A DNA stretch of 64,000 nt, from assembly GCF_963921235.1 (NCBI RefSeq), contig NC_086097.1:118174001-118238000 (forward strand), in the 5' to 3' direction. The notes under the pieces were generated by a model. That model saw only the letters and a list, made by a program, of their open reading frames with translations. It ran no database searches and was not told the DNA's origin. Source of the stretch: Mobula hypostoma. Lineage: Eukaryota. Below are positions 37,501-50,137 of this stretch, piece after piece. Position 1 is the stretch's first letter, and the number at the start of each line of letters is the position of its first letter. The position numbers were made by a program, and so were the translations under genes.

Positions 37501-39420
37501 ATAAGGCAATGTCCCCTTGGATCCCATGCCTCCTTATTTTCTCAATAAGCCTTGCAGGGGTAACTTGTCAAATGCCTTGCTGAAATCCATGTACACAACA
37601 TATACTGCTCTTCCTTCATCAATGTATTTAATCACATTCTCAAAAAATTCAGCTATGCTTGTAAGGCACAACCTACCTTTCACAAAGGCATGCCGATTAA
37701 TCCTAATCATATTATGCATCTCTAAATGTTCATAAATCTTGCCTTTCAGGATCTTCTCCATCAACTTACCAACCACTGAAGTAAGACTCACTGGTCTATA
37801 ATTTCCTTGGCTATCCCTACTCCCTTTCTTGAATAAGGGAACAACATCTGCGACCCTCCAGTCCTCTGGAACGTCTCCCGTCCCCAGTGATGATACAAAG
37901 ATCATCACCAGAGGCTCATCAATCTCCTCCCTTGCCTCCCACAGTAGTTTGGGGTACTTCTCGTCCGGTCCCGATGACTAACCCAACTTGATACTTTCCA
38001 AAAGCTCCAGCACACTCTCTTTCTTAATATCTACATGCTCAAACTTTTCAGTCTTCAACTCATCCCACTGATGGCAATTTTGCCCTATCATCCGCTTGTC
38101 TGTCCTGACAGTCTCACTGCACGCTGCATCTAGTTGTATACCAACTGCCCAGCTTCAACTCTATCACTTAACTTCACACCTCACTCTCAAATTAGTTTAA
38201 ACCCTCCCCAACTGCTCCAGCAAACCTGCCCACAAGGATATCAGTCTCCCTCAGATTTTGGTATAACCCATCCATTTTGATTAGGTCATACCTTCACCAG
38301 AAGATACCCAATGATCCAGAAATCTGTACCCTATCCCCTGCACTAGATCCTCAGCCACTCGTTCATCTGCCAAATCTTCCTATTCTTAACCTCACTGGCA
38401 CGTGGCATCAACCCGGAGAAATCTACCCTGGAGGTTCTCTTTCAGCTTTCTACCACACTCCCTGAGTTCCCTCTTCAGGACCTCTCCCTTTTTCCTACCT
38501 ATTGGTGCCAATATCTACCAAGACTTCTGGCTGTTCACCCTTCCCTTTTAGAATGCCGTGGATGTGACCCAAGACATCCCTGACCCTGGCACCCAGGAGG
38601 TAATATACTGTCCGGGTACCTCTTTAATGTGCACAAAACTTCATGTCTATTCCTCTAACTATGGAATCCCCTATCACTGTTGCGGTCTCTTCTCTACCCA
38701 TCCATTCTTTGGCACAGCACAAGTCTCAGTGCCAGAGACCCGGTCACTGAGGCTCCACTTCCCCCCCCACCCAGCAGTATCCAAAACTGTAAACTGTATA
38801 CTTATTATTGAGGGGAATAGACACAAGGGTATTTTTCACAGACTGCCAATTTCCATTCCCCCTCCTAATAGTTACCCAGGTATCTTCCTCCTGCAACTTA
38901 GTGGTGACTACCTCCCTGTACTCCAGTCTATCACCTCATCAGTTTTCCTTATGAACTGAAGGTCATCAAGCCTCAGCTCCAGTTCCTTAACACATTCTTT
39001 GGGGAGCGGCTGCTCGGTGCACCTGGTGCAGAGATGGTTATTTGGGAAGCTGGAGATCTCCCAGAATTCCCACATCTCACATAAAGAATATAACACAGCC
39101 CCAGGAGCCATTCTCACTGCACTAACTGTGCACTAACAGACAAAAAATGAAGAACAAGAAACTTCCTTGCTCAAACCTATTGAGCCAAAACCTGCTCTTT
39201 TTAACACTGGCCCACTCACACAATGGCCACTCCAACAATGGCTGCTCTCCTTGTCCCTACCTTCTCTTTATTTTCCCTTGCTAATGAATTGTGATTTGAT
39301 TAGGCTGCTGGAAAAAGCCAGCAGCCCGTGAACACACTGTTTTTAAACCTTTTGCCCTGACATATGTGTAACCATCTCTCTTGATCTGATTGGACCACTG
39401 AAAAAAAAACACTCCCACTG
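34590..39420 (-). mobile_element. Old degraded CR1 containing a younger 5'-truncated CR1 (36421-38052, minus)
   Basis: Inner copy: ORFs 37534-37908 and 36800-37465 (GVPQGSVLGPLLF, KFADDT), TTCTATG tail at 36421. The outer copy resumes at 38053 and includes an ORF1 CxxC..CxxC N-terminus (38908-39117). Confidence 0.85.
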
Positions 39421-40959
39421 TGATCTTATCAAGGTCCTGGTATCAAAAAGCTTCCCTACTTACATGCTTCATTCCTCTTCCAAAACAGGTTTACATCCTA
39501 TTTGTCGTTTTAGTTACTTGCTGTACTTGCATTTTAACTCTCTGTCCCTTGTATAAGAACAACCAGATCTCTGTGTGGAGTGTTTTACCACATAAATAAT
39601 ATCATCCTTTTCTGTCCTTTCTGGCTCAGTAGATAATTTCACATTGGTCCATGTTACATTCGATCTGCCTTCACTTTAACCTCTTGCCTAAGCTGTCAAT
39701 TGCAGATCTATTTGTCCTCCTTCCGTCTATCCATGCATTGTCAGCAAAATTAGTCAAAGCAACATAGTATCATTAATATTGTAATTCTTCTTGTAGTGGT
39801 TTCATTCTTGCATGTGGCAGCTTTTCAAATGCTTTTTGTAGAGCCAGCATTCATGACTTTCCCATTTGTCCATTCTATAAGTACTATTCTCAAAAAAAGT
39901 TTCAACAGAATTCTTTTTTTTTTCAAAAATTATTGAATATTCTGAATTTTCTTATGATTTGCAAGTACCCTTCTTTAACTATGCAACTCTAGATCTTTTG
40001 ATATCAGATAGTTAATGTATTGGTTAATGGTGCCCTGGTTTCTATAAGTCTGCTTTTTGAACAGTGCTATTACATTTTCAGCTTCCCATTCTAGCAGGAT
40101 CTAGAAAATCTTACAACATCACAAACAATGCATGCATGATGATGGCAACCATTTCAGTTACAGCCCATGTCCAACTAATCTGATTGCTTATGATTCATTT
40201 CAGCTCAGGCTAATCAGGCAGATTGATTCATGGCTGTTAGCTTCATCGGTATTGGAGAGATGGAGTCGTGCACTGGAAACAGGCCCTTTGGCCTATTGAG
40301 TCTACACAAACTACCGAGAACACATCTTCATCAATTTAAGCTCATCCTCCTTTATTCTCCCTAACTCCCCCAAGATTCTAATAATTCACCCACCCACCAG
40401 GGACAACTGACAATTGGCCAATCTCTAACGTGCTTCTGGGATGTTGGAGGAAAGCGGAACTCCTGAAGAGAGCACGCACTTCCAAACCTCACTCAGACAG
40501 TGTCAGAGGTCAGATCAGACTCAGATCAATGGAGACAGGAAACCAACTTCAGTCTTCCCAACCTGTTGAACACGTTTGGACGAGAGGGTTACCAATTTTG
40601 AGGTTGGAGGCCCGAAGTCTGCAAGCCCGAGAATCTGGGGTCAAGGTCTTGAGGTCAGAAGCCCAGAGATGGCCTGTCATGGTACACTAATGTTCACAGA
40701 ATTCCAATCTAAAAAAAACAGCCCTCCACTACCACCTTCTGCCTTCTTCCATTGAGCCAATTTTGTAACCATTGGGCTACCTCACCTTGGATCACATCTG
40801 ACCAAACTCTATAGGATACTGTCAAGAGCCTTGCCAAGTCCACATAGACAATATCTGCCAGATTGCTTGTCGATTCTTTTGGCCACTCTTCAAGAAACAT
40901 AGTTGAATTCATGGTATGAATTTCATGGCTTCCTCTACTAACATGACCTGGCCAAACTT

Positions 40960-41356
40960 GGGTTGGAGGAGCCACACCTCATATTCTAGCTGGATAGCCC
41001 CCACCCTGATAACATGAACATAAATTTATTTTACTTCTGGTAATTACTTCCCCCTCCCTCTTTGTTTGTCCATTCCCTATTTTAGGATTCCTCTCACTCC
41101 TTCTCCTCACCCGCCCATCACTTCCTTTTTGTTTCCCTCCTCCTTCCCTTTCTTCTGTGGTCCATTGTCCTCTCCTATAAGTTTCTTCTTCTTCATACCT
41201 TTACTTCTATCACCTATCCCCTCCCAGCTTCTTACTTCATGATCTCTGTCCAACAACCCACCTTCCCCTTCATCTGGTCTCACCTATCATCTGTCAGCTT
41301 TTACTCCTTCCCCTCCTCTTCTTTCTTTTTCTGGTCCTGATGAAGGGTCTCAGCCC
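40960..41356 (+). mobile_element. Old Penelope 3' fragment inside a minus-strand CR1 remnant (about 40710-41610)
   Basis: RLEEPHLIF-like codons and a pyrimidine-rich UTR; ends in a truncated hammerhead CTGATGA-agggtctcagccc (41337-41356). Confidence 0.7.
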
Positions 41357-41980
41357 CACACAAAGTCATGCTGGCTCTCCCTAATTAGGGCATGATTTTC
41401 TAAGTGCTCATAAATCCCATCCCTGAGAATTCTCTCCAGTAACTTCCCTACCACTGTTGTGAAACTCATCAGTCTATAGTTTCCAGGAAAATCCCTGGTT
41501 TCTTATTAAAAGAAGGACAACATTAGCTACTCACCATTCCTCTGGGAGCTCTCCTGTGTCTAGAGGGGACACAAAGTTATTGGGCAAGTTCCCAGCAATC
41601 TCTTCAAGTCATTACTTAGGCTTTTATAGCCTTTCTAAACCCTGTCCTGCCATGCAGCATCCACCCTGCCTAAGTATGCCCAGGCATGCCAACAAGATAG
41701 AAAATTTTTCAGCTTGCATTGTGGGCAACATTTTAATTGACTTGAATTATGAATTATAATAACAAATATAGGTGATTTTTTTAAAGGTGTGTGATATGGG
41801 AATTTCATGGTGATTTTCATGATCAGCAGCCTACAATCCATAAGATACACCCAAAAGCATCCAGGAATCAAAATAGTTGTAGTCTAGTAATCTCAGAGAT
41901 ACTGAAAATAGAAAACAAAACTGGAACAGTTCCAACACCTGTGAAAGAAGAAGCTGATTCAGCATTTTGATTCAATTATA

Positions 41981-42516
41981 CATTCAGTGGCCACTTAATT
42001 AGGTACCCCCTGTACCTAATATAGTGGCCACCAACTGTATGTTCATGTTCTTCTGATGCTGTGCCCCATACTCTTTAAGGTTTGACATGTTGTGCATTCA
42101 GAGATGCTCTTCTGCACATCGCTGTTGTAACGCGTGAGTTACTGTCACCTTCCTGTCAGCTTGAACCTATCTGGTCATTCTCCTCTGACCTCTCTCATTA
42201 CAAAGGCATTTTTGCGCACAGAACTGCCACTCACTGGCTGGTGTTTGTAAACTCTAGAAAGCATTTTGTGTGAGAATCCCAGGAGATCTGGAGTTTCTGA
42301 GATATTCAAACCACTCTGATTGTCACCAACATTCATTCTGCGGTCAAAGTCACTTAGATCATATTTCTTCACCATTCTGATGTTGGGTCTGAACAACAAC
42401 TGAACGTCTTGATCATATGTGCATATTTAATGTACTGGGCTGCAGCCACATGATTGGCTGATGATATATTTGCATTAACACCAGGTGTATAGGTGTACCT
42501 AAAGCAGCTCTGAGTG
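41981..42516 (-). mobile_element. Tc1/mariner internally deleted element
   Basis: TA on both sides; degenerate TIRs (CATTCAGTGGCCAC..TAGGTAC / GTACCTA..CTGAGTG); minus-strand transposase N-terminal HTH DLSDFDRRMNVG..GLNISETPDLLGFSH..SRVY. Confidence 0.85.
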
Positions 42517-43279
42517 TATTCCCACAAAACCACAGAGGTTAATCATGTGCAATTCATCAAGTTTTTCCCCAGTCTGTTCTGTCTCTATAAAACCCTTCAC
42601 ATTAGACTTCATTACTGTCCCTTCACAACAGGAATTAGCATATTTTAGATAATAGGCTGTGTTCTCTACACTCATTCTTTCCACTTTTCTAGTGTGGATA
42701 AATGTTAATTGGTTCTGAAGCTTGGGCGGTTGGCAGATGGTCAATCACCAGCTGAAAATCTGAATCGTGGAACTGGAATTGGAATTCATTATCCCATTTA
42801 GTGAGCTGACAGGTTAAAACAAAGACATAAACTGATGAACTGCCCAGCAGGATCTCAGCCTGGTTTGGGATTGGTGACAATATTGTACCTGCTGTAGTCT
42901 ATATTGTGCTATGTTGTGGCCCATGATTCTGCCCTGCAAATTTTGCTATTTCTTTTTTTATTTTACTTAGAAATACAACACTGAACAGAATCTTCTGTTC
43001 CAACTCAACAACCGACCTATTCAACACTCTCCTAATTACAGGACAATTTACAATGACCAATTAACACCTTACTGTACTATGGGAAGAAACCAGAGCACAA
43101 AGAGGAAACCCACACATTCACAGGGAGGACATACAAGCTCCTTACAGGCAGCCCTGGAATTAAACTCCAAACTCCAACCTCCCGAGTTGTAAATGGCTTC
43201 ACGCGAACCACTGTGCTACCATGGCACCCTCTTTCTAGCTGAGTGTGGGTTACAGTTTATTATTAAATTTTTCGTGGAG

Positions 43280-44075
43280 CTAGGATCAGTTTTATTCACC
43301 ATATATGTATTAAGGATTTGCTGTTGTGCGTTGGTGCTATATGCAACAGGAAACAACAATATTCAACAATTATAAAGAATAAAGAATTACTTAATAATAA
43401 AGTTAGAAGAAAGAGTAGAGAATAAAATGCAGCAACATGCACTTACAATGTAAGCAGCATTATAAAATGTAGCTAAATGTGTTTACAGTTCAGTGCTGTA
43501 CCAAGGAAAGAGATAGAGGTGGCTGGGGCAAATTAGACTAAATTAACTGCCTTGGGGAAGAATCTTATAAGATGACATGAAGCTTTTGATTTAACAGCCC
43601 TATTGTGCTCTCCAGAAGGGAGCTTTTGGAAAAGGCATTTTGCTGGGTGGGTAGTGTCCACAATGATTTACCTGCTCACTTCTTTGTCCTGTACACATAC
43701 AAGTCCTGCGGTGCTGGTAGACTGCAGACAGTGATCTTTCTGTTATTCTGGCAGTCCACTATAGTTTTTATCTATATTGTGAGAAGTTGCTGAACCAAAC
43801 CAGACAGTAATGGCTGATGTGAAGATACTCTCTATGATGGCAGTGTAGAATTGCACCAGTAAGTTCTGGGGAAGATGGAATTTTATCAATTGCTGCAAGA
43901 AGTGCATTCCTTGCTGAGGCTTTTGGTAAATGAAGGACTGTTGGTTCTCCTAGGTGAGGTCTGGAGAAATAAAGGTGCCTAGGAACCTGAACAATACTAA
44001 CTGCAGTGTTGTTGATGATGAGTGGCTGGAGTGGAGACATTTTTCTCCTGAACTTCATATGTAATTCCACATTTA
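43280..44075 (-). mobile_element. Rex1/Babar-like LINE 3' fragment
   Basis: Minus strand PLIINNTAVSIV and QRMHFL..FYTAIIESI..ITVWF-like codons; 3' tail shared with 9555-9740 and 45520-45560/61503-61760. Confidence 0.7.
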
Positions 44076-44410
44076 TGAGGGCATTGTGAAATTGAAAACA
44101 AAGTTAAAGCTCCCTCAGGGTCTTCTGAAGTGTTTCACACAAATTGTCACAGCAACTTTTAAACGAAACTTGATAAAAGAAGTAAACACCCTCCCCAGCT
44201 GCAACTGGATGGTTGCAAATGCATGGTGGCATGACTGAGTGTAATTTCATTGAATTATCTACTCTGGATGCGGGCTATTCATCCCCAAAAATCCACAGTG
44301 GTGTTCACATGCTATTCACCTTCCTTGCAATGTTGCTCATCTTTCTCCATCTATCTCTTAATTTCTTCTTTTTTCCTCGTATACTTATCAAGATTCCTCT
44401 GCTTGTACAG

Positions 44411-44422
44411 ATGCTGCAGCCG
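44411..44422 (+). other. Candidate 12-nt microexon of an unidentified host gene
   Basis: Long pyrimidine tract, ctcTGCttgtacAG | ATGCTGCAGCCG | GTGAGT; frame-preserving with no stop in any frame; embedded in non-repetitive sequence. Confidence 0.6.
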
Positions 44423-45134
44423 GTGAGTGTATTTACTTCTTTTCATCAGGTTCAAAAAATTACTGACATGGAAAATAAAGTAGCTGATTAGCTACACTAT
44501 TGTTTACAAGTTGCTGTGGAAATTTGCGTGAAACATGAATTAAGCAATTTACAAGGTCCAGAGGGAGTTTTATTCTGTTCCTAATATCACAATATTGCAG
44601 TGCAGCGTGAAACAAGACAATAAACTCAAGTCGAGTGTTTGCTTCTATTAATTTATTCAGCACAATGATTTAGTGTAATCTCAATAACATGTGAATAGTT
44701 GATGAGTTTGCATTGTTCAGTATGTACAGACATATGTATCATAACCACCTAAAATACTATAGTGCTTAATATTTCAGTGCTTTTTTTCAGGTTACCTCCG
44801 GTGATACAAAAGCTTTTGTGAATTTGTTCTGGTTGCAAGCTGAAGACAAATACTCTTGCATCAGTCTAAGGCCAGCACTCTAAATCTGAGGCATTAATGT
44901 GGTCCCTTCAACCTTCAACAGGTTGTGTCATGCAAAAGGTGATAGCTGAAATGCAACAGTTTATTTTGATTTACATTTAACACAAAATTGCTGTCAGGCA
45001 GTTGTAGATTGGGTTAGTTTGTGACTGAACTGTTTAAGTACAGCCCCTGGCACTAGTCTTTAACACTGCACCTTATAGGAGTTCAATGTAACAAAGCTGT
45101 TGTATGCTAACACAAGTGAGTCAGCTATTCATGA

Positions 45135-45270
45135 ATAAAGTAGTTTCTGCAGATGGTGGAAATCCAAAGTAACACACGTGCAGAATGCTGGAGGAACTCA
45201 GCAGGTCAGGCAGCATCAATGGAGAGGAATAAAGAGTCGATGTTTCAGGCCGAGACCCTTCTTCAGGAAA
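45135..45270 (-). mobile_element. Penelope terminal fragment with a hammerhead motif
   Basis: Minus strand CTGAAGA-agggtctcggcct-GAAAC-ATC-gact (45235-45266) plus the pseudo-LTR terminus. Confidence 0.75.
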
Positions 45271-47598
45271 TGACCAGATCAGTCGGCAGATTGTATGAAT
45301 ATACATTCATTCTCCAGATGTCATCTCATTACCGACTGCAAGCACAAGCTTTTGACATGCACTCAGTACCTTCGGTAGAGCAATTGCAAAATAGGAAACA
45401 ACTGGTTTAATGGTAATGTTTAATGGAGTGAAACTGGTGGCTGGTGTTTTAAAGGCATGTAATTCCTGGACATATAGTACCTACCTATAGGTGGCCGCAT
45501 AATGGTAAGCAGATCTGAAAGATATCAAGAATCAGAGATCGACTTTATCTGCCAAATGTACAATGGACTCTGGTTAATTGAGATCCATCAGAACAAGTAC
45601 AGTTGGCCCAATTAAGCGGATGCCCCAATTAGCCGAATTTTCATGGAATTAGTTAAGAAGGTATAAAAAGACAAACTACCATTTAACTGAGTAATGCATT
45701 ATGTATTTAAATGAAATACAGAACAAATCAGAACACCACCAGTACGATAAAACTGTGTGTTCGTGTCTAATAGTTATTGACGGAGAAATTCAGGTGTATG
45801 CTGCTGTGTGTAGGGTGTCCAGGGAGGGGTAACTCCTCCGGTGAAGGGCCTTGTATGTCCATTCTTGGGCAGCTCACTCATCTTTGGTCCCCACTGGACA
45901 CTCAGTTCTCACCTGTGGCTCCAAGTAGCTGTTTGCAAGTGACAGTGGCCACACCCCAGTACACCGCTTTGACAGTGGGCTAAACCAGGTGAAGGTCACT
46001 GGTGGGCCTCAAACCCTAGTGAACTTGGGACATGGCTGTTCTGACATGTGAAAGCTCTGGCAGACAGTGAGGGAAAGGAGAGTATCAGGTAGTGGAGAGC
46101 ACCCCTGTGGCCATCCCCCTTAACAATAAGTACTCCATTTTGAGTACTGTTGAGGGGGTGACCTACCTGGGGGAAGCAACAGTGGCTGTGCCTCTGGCAC
46201 TGAGTCTGGCCCTGTGGCTCAGAAGGGTAGGGAAAGGAAGAGGATGGCAGCAGTAATAAGGGACTCTATAATTAGGGGGACAGATAGGTGATTCTATGGG
46301 TATGAAAAAGAAACAAGAATGGTAGTTCGCCTCCCAGGTGTCAGGGTTTGTGATGTTTCTGAACTAATCCAAAATATCCTGAAATGGGAGGGTGAGCAGC
46401 CAGAGGTGGTGGTACATATTGGTACCAATGACATAGGGAGTAAAAGAGAACATGTCCTGAAAGCAGAATACAGGGAGTTAGGAAGGTAGTTGAGCAGCCG
46501 GACCTGAAGGATAGTAATCTCGGGACTGCTGCCTGTGCCATGCGACAGTGAGTATAGAAGTAGAACGTGGTGGAGGATAAATGAGTGGCTGAAGGATTGG
46601 AGCAGGGAGCAGGGATTCAGATTTTTGGATCATTAGGACATCTTTTGGGGCAGGTGTCACTTGTACAAAAATGATGGGTTGCTCTTGAATCCGAGGGAGA
46701 CCAATATCTTGGCGGGAAGGTTTGCTAATGCTGATGGGGAGGGTTTAGACTAGATTTGCAGGGGGGTGGGAACAGAAGTGAAGAGGCAGAGGATGGGGCA
46801 GTTGTCGCACAAGTAGAGACAGCTTGTAGAGAGTTTGTGAGGAAGGATAGGCAGACGATAGAACAAAGATGCACTTAGCCTGATGGTTTGAGATGTGTCT
46901 CTTTTAATGCAAGGAGTATCATAAACAAAGCAAATGAACTTGGAGTGCTGCTCAATTTGTGGAAGTATGATGTTGTGGCCATTACAGGGACTTGGATGCC
47001 TCAGGGGCAGGAATGGCTGCTGAGTGTGCCAGACTTTAGATGTTTTAAAAGGACAGGGAGGGAGGCAAAAGAGGTGAGGGTGTGGCATTACTAATTATGG
47101 GTAGTATCACAGCTGTAGAAAAGGTGGAAGTCAGGCAGGGATGGTCTGCTGAGTCAATGTGGATATAAGTCAGAAACAGGAAGAGGGCAATAACTCTACT
47201 GGGAGTTTTTTTTATAGACCTCCCAATAGTGACAGAGACATCAAGGAGCAGATAAGGAGGCAGGATTGGAACAGTGCAATAATAATAGGGTTAGTATGAT
47301 GGGAGATGTTAACTTTCCTAATATTGACTGGCATCTCCTTACAGCAAGAGGTTTGGATGGGGTGGAGTTTATTAGGTGTGTGCAGAAAGGTTTCCTGATG
47401 CAATATGTAGATAAGACAACCAGCGGTGAGGCTGTACTTGATCTGGTATTGGGAAATGAACCTGATCAAGTGTCAGATCTCTCAGTGGGAGAACATTTTG
47501 GAAGGAATGATCACATCTCTATCTCCTTTACCATAACATTGGAGAGGGATAGGACTAGACAATTTAGGAAAGCATTTAATTGGGGTAAGGGGAAATAT

Positions 47599-49080
47599 TT
47601 TCAACATCTCCATTAGTCAAGCTATTGTCCCCAGATGCTTCAAAACCTCCACAATCATCCCTGTAGCAAAGAAATCAGTTGTAGCCTGTCTGAATGCTTA
47701 CCGTCCCATTGCCCTGACCCCCATAGTGATGAAATGTTTTGAACGGCTTGTCAAGCCTCATATCACAGCCAGCCTCCCCTCATCACTGGATCCTCTGCAG
47801 TTTGCTTATCGTCCAAATCACTCTACGGAGGATGCAATATCCACCACACTGCACACAGTTCTCTCTCACTTGGACAACAAAGACACTTATGCCCGAATCC
47901 TGTACATTGATTTCAGTTCAGCGTTCAATACCATCATCCCGCAGAGACTAGTGGAGAAACTGTCGCTGTTTGGCCTTAGCACTGCCATGTGTCGCTGGAT
48001 TCTGGATTTCTTAACAGAAAGACCACAGTCAGGCCGTGTTGGCAGGAACATCTCTGACTCCATCACACTGAGCAGTGGATCCCCACGAGGCTGTGTGCTT
48101 AGCCCACTGCTGTTTACACTGCTAACACATGCCTGTGCAGCCAGATTCACTGAGAACCTGATCATTAAATTTGCAGATGATACCACAGTGGTGGGGCTCA
48201 TCAGCAAAAATGATGAAACAATGTACAGGGAGGTGGTCAAACACCTAGAGAGCTGGTGCAGGGATAACAACTTGATGCTTAATGTCACCAAAACCAAGGA
48301 GATGATCGTCGATTTCAGACGGTCTCAGTCTGAGCACACACCCCTCAGCATCAGCGGCTCCACAGTGGAGAGAGTGGAAAACATCAAGTTCCTTGGGGTG
48401 CAGATCTCGGACAATCTCACCTGGTCCAGGGACACCACTGGGATTGTGAAACGGGCCCAGCAGAGATTGCACTTTCTGAGGAAGCTTAAACAAGCATCAC
48501 ACCCCACTAACATCTTAACTATATTCTACAGAAGCGTGGTTGAGAGTGTGCTGACCTTTTGCATCACAACCTGGTACTCCAGCTGCAGGGCTGTCGACAA
48601 AAAAGCCTTGCAGAGGGTGGTTAGGGGAGCAGAGAAGGTTATTAGGGTCTCCCTACCTTCTGTCCAAGACCTCTTTCAGAGTCGATGCCTCCAGAAGACA
48701 CGGTACATCATTAAAGACGCCTCACACCCTCTCCATGAACTGTTCGTTCTTCTGCCATCAGGGAAACGTTACAGGAGCATCAAAACTAAAACCACAAGGC
48801 TACGAAACAGCTTCCTCCCACAGGCAGTCAGACTGCTAAATAGCTGCTCCACCTGACTCTGCTTTGGACACTTTTAACTTGCACTGGACACTTATAACTG
48901 ATTTTAACTGACGTGTGGCTGTTGTGTTTTACTATTTATTGTTATGTTTATTATTTAGTGTTGCGTTTGTTATGTTATGATTGCACTGCTCCTCGGAAAC
49001 GTTGTCTCATTCTGCCCTGCAGAGCTGATGTACGGTTAGAATGACAATAAAGTTTTCTGAATCTTGAGTCTTTGAATCTT
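47599..49080 (+). mobile_element. 5'-truncated Rex1/Babar-type LINE
   Basis: RT ORF 47726-48856, AATAAA and a (TGAATCT)n tail; flanks AAATAT/AAACAT. Confidence 0.9.
47726..48856 (+). CDS. Rex1/Babar-type reverse transcriptase (N-terminally truncated)
   Basis: [71 protein letters not shown]. Confidence 0.9.
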   Translation: MMKCFERLVKPHITASLPSSLDPLQFAYRPNHSTEDAISTTLHTVLSHLDNKDTYARILYIDFSSAFNTIIPQRLVEKLSLFGLSTAMCRWILDFLTERPQSGRVGRNISDSITLSSGSPRGCVLSPLLFTLLTHACAARFTENLIIKFADDTTVVGLISKNDETMYREVVKHLESWCRDNNLMLNVTKTKEMIVDFRRSQSEHTPLSISGSTVERVENIKFLGVQISDNLTWSRDTTGIVKRAQQRLHFLRKLKQASHPTNILTIFYRSVVESVLTFCITTWYSSCRAVDKKALQRVVRGAEKVIRVSLPSVQDLFQSRCLQKTRYIIKDASHPLHELFVLLPSGKRYRSIKTKTTRLRNSFLPQAVRLLNSCST

Positions 49081-49289
49081 AAACATGATGCTATTGGGCA
49101 GGAATTTGGCAACATAAATTGGGAGCAGATGTTCTTAGGGAAATGCACAGCAGAAATGACCTGGAAGACCATGTACGGAATCTGGAGCAGCAGCTGGATG
49201 ACCTTCGACTCATAAGGGAGAATGAGGCAGTCATAGATGAGAGCTACAGGGAGGTAGTCACACCTAGGCTGTCGGAAGCAGGTTGTTAG

Positions 49290-49994
49290 GTGACAGTCAG
49301 AGGGGGGAAAGCGAAGGTGAGCAGACAGTTAGTGCAGAGCACCCCTGTAGCCATTCCCCTGAATAATAAGTTTACCGTCCTGGATACTGTTGGCGGGGAT
49401 GACCGACCAGGTGTGAGCCACGGTGGCAGGACTTCTGGCACTGAGTCTGACCCTGTGGTGCAGGAGTGTGGGACGGAGAAGAGGAGAGCTGCCGTCATTG
49501 GAGACTCTATAGTCAGGGGAGCAGACAGGCGACTTTGTGGACGTGAGAAGGACACCCGCATGGTTTGTTGCCTCCCGGGTGCCAGGGTCCGGGATGTCTC
49601 TGACCGGGTGCACGACATCCTGGTACGAGAGAGAAAGCAACCAGAAGTCGTGATACATGTTGGGACCAACGACACAGGCAGGAAGAGGGATGAGGTCCTG
49701 AAGTGTGTGTTTTGGGAATTAGGCAGAAGGCTGAAGAACAGGACCTCAAGGGTGACGTTCTCAGGATTGCTGCCAGTGCTACGTGATAGTGATGGTAAGA
49801 ATTGGAGGAGATGGCAGTTGAATGCGTGGCTGAGGAGTTGGTGCAGGAAGCAGGGTTTTAGATTTTTAGATCATTGGGATCTCTTCTGGGGAAGGTGGGA
49901 CCTGTACAGATTGGATGGGTTGCACCTGAACTCCAGGGGGAGCAATATCCTTGCAGGTAGGTTTGCTAGCATGGTTCGGGAGAGTCTAAACTAA
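49290..49994 (+). CDS. CR1 ORF1 SGNH/GDSL esterase domain
   Basis: VIGDSIVRG, CLPGA, IHVGTND, DGLHLN; an upstream in-frame TAG truncates the N-terminus. Confidence 0.9.
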   Translation: MTVRGGKAKVSRQLVQSTPVAIPLNNKFTVLDTVGGDDRPGVSHGGRTSGTESDPVVQECGTEKRRAAVIGDSIVRGADRRLCGREKDTRMVCCLPGARVRDVSDRVHDILVRERKQPEVVIHVGTNDTGRKRDEVLKCVFWELGRRLKNRTSRVTFSGLLPVLRDSDGKNWRRWQLNAWLRSWCRKQGFRFLDHWDLFWGRWDLYRLDGLHLNSRGSNILAGRFASMVRESLN

Positions 49995-50137
49995 TTTGTG
50001 AGGGGGATGGGACCCAGAGCGATAGAGCAGTGAAGGAAGTGCATGGAGTAAAGCCAGTTCTAACATACAGAGAGGCTTTGAGGAAAAAGAAGCAGAATAA
50101 ACGGTGTAAAGACAGGAAGGTAGGAGGGCTGAAATGA

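Noticed and set aside
44775..44810. Second possible exon after TTTTTTTCAG (44790)
   Set aside because: The nearest donor (GTGATA) is weak and would give a 10-nt frame-shifting exon; no other support.
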